Positions 35,400 to 40,314 of a stretch of DNA of 40,314 nt are shown piece after piece. Location: positions 1 through 40,314 of the forward strand of contig NW_021832624.1 in NCBI RefSeq assembly GCF_006345805.1, read 5' to 3'. Made by a program: the position numbers and the translations under genes. The DNA comes from Octopus sinensis (taxonomy: Eukaryota). Within the stretch, counting starts at the first letter, position 1; every line of letters begins with the position of its first letter. The notes below the pieces were generated by a model. It was not told where the DNA came from. It worked only from the letters and a program-made list of their open reading frames with translations, and ran no database searches.

Positions 35400-36183
35400 C
35401 TGTGTTACTAGAGCCATGTGTGATAGGGCAGAGTCTTACTGAAACACACATGGCCTTCCATTGCATACACTGTCTATCCAGGTCTTAACAGTTATTTCCA
35501 GGACCTCAATGTAGGTGGTAGAGTTAACTGTAAGGCCTTGTGGAAATAAGTAAGGAGGCATCACATGTCCTTCATTGCTGACAACCCCTAAAACCATGAC
35601 AGTTGCAGGAAATTTTATATGCATAACACTTGGAACTTCAGAAGGGTCTGCATATAACCATTTGTCATTTCTTCTGTTGACTTTTTTACCTTGATTGAAG
35701 TTTTTCTTATTTGAGAAAAACCAAATCAAATCTTCTTCTGCTGGATTTTTCAGTTTGTTTAAAAGCCTTTTAGATCTTATTTAGTGATTTTCTTTTGTTT
35801 TTTCTAACATAAACTGACCTTTCCTCATCACATAAGACTTATATCTGATATCTTTGTAGACAACATTTCCAGCTGTTCCTTCTGACACATGGAGATCTTT
35901 TGCAATTGACCTCATGGACTTTCTGGGATTGTAATCAATGGTCCTTTGAACTTGCTGGATAAATTCAGGTGTTCTGATGATTTCAGAGTGTTTAGAATAC
36001 TTTTTATGCTCTGTTATTGGGGATACGTTTCCATCTTCAGTCTCTAACTCCTTACAAAACTTTGTAGACGAAAAACCTGTCAACTTTTAAAAATCCAGAT
36101 ATTTCTAAATCGCTATGCTCAGCCCTTATAACCACAATAACAGCATCCCTCTTTATTTCTTGAGTAAGCTGAGGGTCTGCCAT
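35400..36183 (-). pseudogene. maT/DD37D-type (Bmmar1-like) transposase pseudogene, 3' truncated
   Basis: MADPQLTQEIKRDAVIV..IRTPEF..NPRKSMRSIAKDLHVSEGT..IWFFSNKKNFNQ..NRRNDKW..KFPATVMVLGVVSNEG..CVFQ*DSALSH, with stops and a frameshift. The third catalytic residue is absent, so DD37D is inferred from flanking motifs. Confidence 0.85.
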
Positions 36184-36330
36184 TATTATTTTCTGAAACA
36201 AAGATTACAAAGAGCTAAGGTTGGCATTACAGTATTCAGAGTTTCAAATGTTAACCGTTTGTTCTAAATTGTAACAAATATAAATAACCCCCTATTTTTC
36301 TAATATCAAGGTCCCACTTTTCATTGTTAC

Positions 36331-36371
<41 letters not shown>

Positions 36372-36379
36372 TATTTTTT

Positions 36380-36662
36380 TTTCGTTTTTGGATTTGGTTT
36401 TCAAGATTCTTTATATGAGTTTGTGTGTGGAAGCATATTCCGTTGTGTCTGGGGAGAGTCATTTTCTTTTTGAGCCTTATAATTTAACACACTCACCGGT
36501 AAAATTTCCACTTTTTTTTCTTATTTTTATTTTCTAAAATTTTTGCAAGACGCAACGGTAAACTTTAGAAAATGAAAATAAGGAAAAAAGTGAAAATTCT
36601 ACCGGTGAGTGTGTTAAATAATAAGGCACTAAAAGAGAATGACTCTCCCCAAACACAACAGA

Positions 36663-36665
<3 letters not shown>
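36380..36665. mobile_element. Fold-back element with ~105-bp arms between (TTA)n tracts
   Basis: ~36437-36540 is inverted against ~36560-36665. Confidence 0.8.
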
Positions 36666-36726
<61 letters not shown>

Positions 36727-37259
36727 CACACACAAAAGACAAACACATAGAAACCTGAGTCTTTCTCTAGCTTCCGCTCTCTCTCTCTCTCCCTCTCTCT
36801 CTTTTCTTCTCTCTCAGAGACACAGACACACACTCATAAACACGCACGCACACACACTCATATATAAGCATATATATATATATATACATACATACACACG
36901 TCCCTCAGTTTTGTATCATTAATTACAACCACCACCACCACCACCACCACCACCACCACCACCACCGCCACCGCCGCCGCCGCCACCATCATCATCATCA
37001 TCACTGTTCCTTGTGTCAAGTGTTGTTGTTCTGGTTGTTGTTGTTGTCGGTGTATGTTTATAGGAGGGAATTATTCAAATTATACCACACCTACCTCATG
37101 TTTCTCAGTGTGAGCGTTTCAGCGTAGGAGTATGCGTATAAGTGTGTGTATAAGTGTGTGTAGTATGCGTGTGCGTTGGTGATTGTATTTAACCAAATAT
37201 GCAGAGGTACATACTTGTTTGTAATTAACTGTAGCAAAATATGTCGCTGTATGTAGATT

Positions 37260-37754
37260 ATTATATATTACAATTATATATATTAGAATATATATATATA
37301 TATATATAAATGTATATATATATAAATTATACATATATATATATATATAATATATATATATATTATATATATATATATATAGATATATATATATAAATGT
37401 ATCTATATATATATCTATATATATTAATATATATATATATATAAATGTATCTATATATATATATATATATAATATATTATATATATATATAATATATATA
37501 TAATATATATATATATAAATATTATATATAAATATTATATATTCTCTCCCTCTCTCTCTCTCTATATATATATATAGAGACAGATAGAGCTAGATAGATA
37601 GATAATATAGATATATATGCATGTATGCATATATATGTATATATGTATGTGTGTGCGTGTATCTGTATATATATATATGAATGCATATAGCTGTGTGTAT
37701 ATCAATTCAATTATGCATGTATGCAGATATGTGTGAGTGCATATATATAAATAA

Positions 37755-37785
<31 letters not shown>

Positions 37786-38040
37786 CATACATTGATGTAT
37801 ATGTTTGTAGCCATGTATATAGTCAGAGCTAATTCTATAGGTATATATAATTGCTCACATTGTTTATTTAAGTCTGTTGACCTCAAACACACACGCACAC
37901 ATGCATCTATATTTGTAGACACAACACACACACATAAATAAATATATATATATATATATATATAGATATATATATATATATATACATACACACACACTCC
38001 AATTGTCTCCTTTGTTTATTTAAATCTATTGACAGTACGC

Positions 38041-38072
<32 letters not shown>

Positions 38073-38210
38073 GTGTGTGTGTATATATATATATATGTGT
38101 GTGTGTATATATATATATATGTATAGGAGATAAATAAAAATATATGCATACATACAAACATATATGTACGTACCTACATCTACATGTATATATACATGCA
38201 TATATAAATA
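37260..38210. repeat. Degenerate (TA)n field
   Basis: Directly visible. Confidence 0.85.
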
Positions 38211-38418
38211 ATTATACGGGAGTACAGGACATCACAATAAGACGTAGAAACGGAAAAAGCCAAAAAACAAAAAACAAGAAAACGGAAAACGAAAAACAAG
38301 AAAACGAAAAACAAATACAGGACGAGCTACACAAGGACAAAACCCCCGTCATCAGCTGTCGCTAGAGGAGTCAGGCATGTTTCGAAGGCATAACAGAACA
38401 CTAATCATATGTATATAT

Positions 38419-38600
38419 ATTCTTTTTCTAGCAGCTACACTTTCAGCGCACCCTCCCCTGCTACTGACTTGGTCACCTAGGTAACGGAAGCTATCAACTA
38501 TTTCTAGTTTTTCCCCCTGGAATGTGGCGGAAGTTGGTCTCTGCACATCTTCAGTGTTTATTGCTCCTGAGCATCTGCCACATACAAAAACCATCCTCCC
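38419..38600 (-). mobile_element. RTE LINE ORF2 internal fragment
   Basis: VFVCGRCSGAIN..GEKLEIVDSFRYLGDQVSSRGGCAESVAAR contains the F.YLG motif. Confidence 0.85.
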
Positions 38601-40054
38601 TAAAGGTGTTAACGCAAGTGCGACAGCAAGATCTATTCAGAGCTGTTATTGGGATGATGTAGGGAATGAAAGAAGTTGCAGGAGATGGTTTTCCCCTTTT
38701 CCGAATTGGGGATTTCACTTTGAAAGAAGAGCCAAAAGAGGGTCAGCCCAAAAAAACCTTAATTCCAAAATGTTGGAAGCTCTTGTTTTAGAGAACCCTA
38801 CCGTTACCACTAGGGAACTTGCAGAACAGTTAAACATGGCCCATACAACTGAGGTACACCAGCTAAAACACATTGGAAAGGTTTCAGTAGCTGGAAAATG
38901 GGTCCCTCACAAACTGTCTCTAAAGAATCGACAACAGCTTGCTACTTGTCAATCATTGCTTTCGCGATACTTTCAAGCAACATTTTTAGACAGGCTCGTT
39001 AAAGGTGATGAGAAGTGGATCCTTTACCATAATGTTAAACGCCACCCTTCATGGATAAGTCTAGAAGGGCGGTCAGTTCTACAACTGAGAGCAGGACTTT
39101 GTCCAAAGAAGATCATGTTGAGTGTATGGTGGGATATTAAAGGAGTAGTTAGTTAGTTAGTTAATTGTTTGGCTCAAAAAGCAAAAAGCAAGGCCATGTA
39201 GGGGGACATGGAGTTATGTACAGGGTGGTGTTCATATAAAGAGTTCAGGCCACTTGTGGTCAAGGGAGACTTTGAACCGAGCGGTCGTCGGCATCTTCAC
39301 TATCTCGTCCGGCAGCTTATTCCACGGATCTGCAACTCGGATGGAGAAAGCCCCTCTCCTTCGATTGAGATGAAATCGTTGCAGATAGAGCTTTTCGGAA
39401 TGACCCCGCAGCCGACGCTCTGGAGCAGGAGTGAAGAACAGCTCTTTCGAGAGGTTACACTTTCCGCTTATGATGTTGTGAGCAAGAATGAGATCTCCAC
39501 GGCAGCGGCGTTTTTCTAGAGAATAAAGGTCGAGCGTCTTCAGCCTTTCTTATGAACTGATGGACAACAACCAAACAATTAATGCTAATCTTTAATCTGA
39601 GCAACTTTGTCGTTTGGAAACAGTTCTGAGCCAAAAAGCGAGCATCCTTGGTTAACAGAAGGGATGTGATCTTACATCATGATAATGCTCGTCCCCACAC
39701 AGCTCGACTGACCAAAATTCTCTTGGAAGAACTTGGTTGGGAAATACTGCCTCATCCTCCATGTTCTCTGGACTTTGCTCCTTCTGTTTACCATTTGTTC
39801 CGAGGACTACAGAACCATTTTGATGGATTTAGGTTAACAACAAGAGAAGAGACTGAAAATGAGTTGGATTCATATTTTGGTTCTAAACCTTCAGAATTTT
39901 ACAAGCGAAGCATTTATAAGGTTGTCGGAAGATGGAATGGGGGTCAATGAAAGCAATGGAGTTTATGTTAAGGAATAAATATTTTCAAAGTCATTGGCTT
40001 ATTCATTTTTAACTTAGATCTTTAAATCGGACATTGCTTGTGCACAAACAGGAT
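38601..40054 (+). pseudogene. mariner (DD34D) transposase pseudogene interrupted by a LINE
   Basis: WVPHKL, GDEKW, KIMLSVWWD, HDNARPH and PPCSLDFAPSVYHLF (third Asp replaced by Val); frameshifts; probable 3' terminal repeat at ~40028-40054. Confidence 0.92.
39150..39551 (-). mobile_element. CR1-type LINE 3' end with (TAAC)n tail
   Basis: Open minus frame ERLKTLDLYSLEKRRCRGDLI..RLRGHSEKL..FSIRVADPWNKLP..FKVSLDHKWPELFI* (stop 39232-39234). Confidence 0.9.
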
Positions 40055-40077
40055 ATATATATAAATATATATATATA

Positions 40078-40233
40078 CTTTATTTAAAGCAGCAGAAAAT
40101 TCAACAAAACCTGTTACTCTGAGTTTCCCGTTGCCGTTCATCGGACAGTTTAAAAATAAAGCATATTACTCTACCCCTGGTATTTGAGTACTCTTTTTTT
40201 CCGCCTTGTTTCACATTTATGTGTTTACTCCGG
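40078..40233. mobile_element. Second copy of the 20218-20440 element with one arm deleted
   Basis: Same arm and tail sequence in the opposite orientation; bounded by (TA)n. Confidence 0.85.
40111..40148 (-). ncRNA. Minimal hammerhead ribozyme-like motif (U4C variant)
   Basis: CTGT-CCGATGA-ACG(GCAA)CGG-GAAA-CTC(A)GAG-TA-ACAG, with helix I CTGT/ACAG intact. Confidence 0.6.
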
Positions 40234-40261
40234 TATATATATATATATATATACACATAAT

Positions 40262-40314
40262 AGGAAGTAGCTGTGTGGTAAGTAGCTTGTTTACCAACCA
40301 CATGGTTCCGGTTC
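40262..40314 (+). mobile_element. Main SINE head, cut by the window edge
   Basis: gctgtgtggtaagtagcttgtttaccaaccacatggttccgg. Confidence 0.85.

Noticed and set aside
42-38201. Dozens of ORFs rich in YI, HT, CV, poly-M, poly-V or poly-P
   Set aside because: They are translations of microsatellites, with no domain content.
38340-38395. Minus-strand CGAAACATGC...CTGATGA as a permuted hammerhead
   Set aside because: U16.1 is absent and helices I and II do not pair cleanly in this copy. It may be a decayed PLE terminus but is not supportable alone.
38524-39156. 210-aa ORF as an intact or domesticated (SETMAR-like) transposase
   Set aside because: The N-terminus is antisense RTE sequence. The element has frameshifts and a LINE insertion, and has lost the third catalytic Asp.
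39208-39519. 103-aa plus-strand ORF
   Set aside because: It is the antisense shadow of the CR1-type coding frame.

Overview
AT-rich eukaryotic DNA made almost entirely of repeats. It is most likely intronic or intergenic sequence of an octopus; this is inferred from the SINE and RTE families and the density of (TA)n, (CATA)n, (CAC)n and (CAT)n tracts. I find no credible host protein-coding gene, and nearly all listed ORFs are microsatellite or SINE artefacts. The window holds: (1) many copies of a bipartite tRNA-derived SINE, including a six-unit tandem array; (2) 3' fragments of RTE, CR1-type and R4/Dong-type LINEs; (3) decayed mariner and maT/DD37D-type transposases with nested insertions; (4) hAT-type MITEs and a foldback element with a 9-bp target duplication; (5) decayed Penelope-like (PLE) reverse transcriptase segments that the ORF track misses. 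The most interesting signal is a set of short fold-back elements inside (TA)n tracts whose arms carry minimal hammerhead-ribozyme motifs (26776-26873, 20321-20403, 40111-40148, possibly 4712-4763). These resemble non-autonomous PLE termini and show different core variants. All calls are by eye, without database searches.
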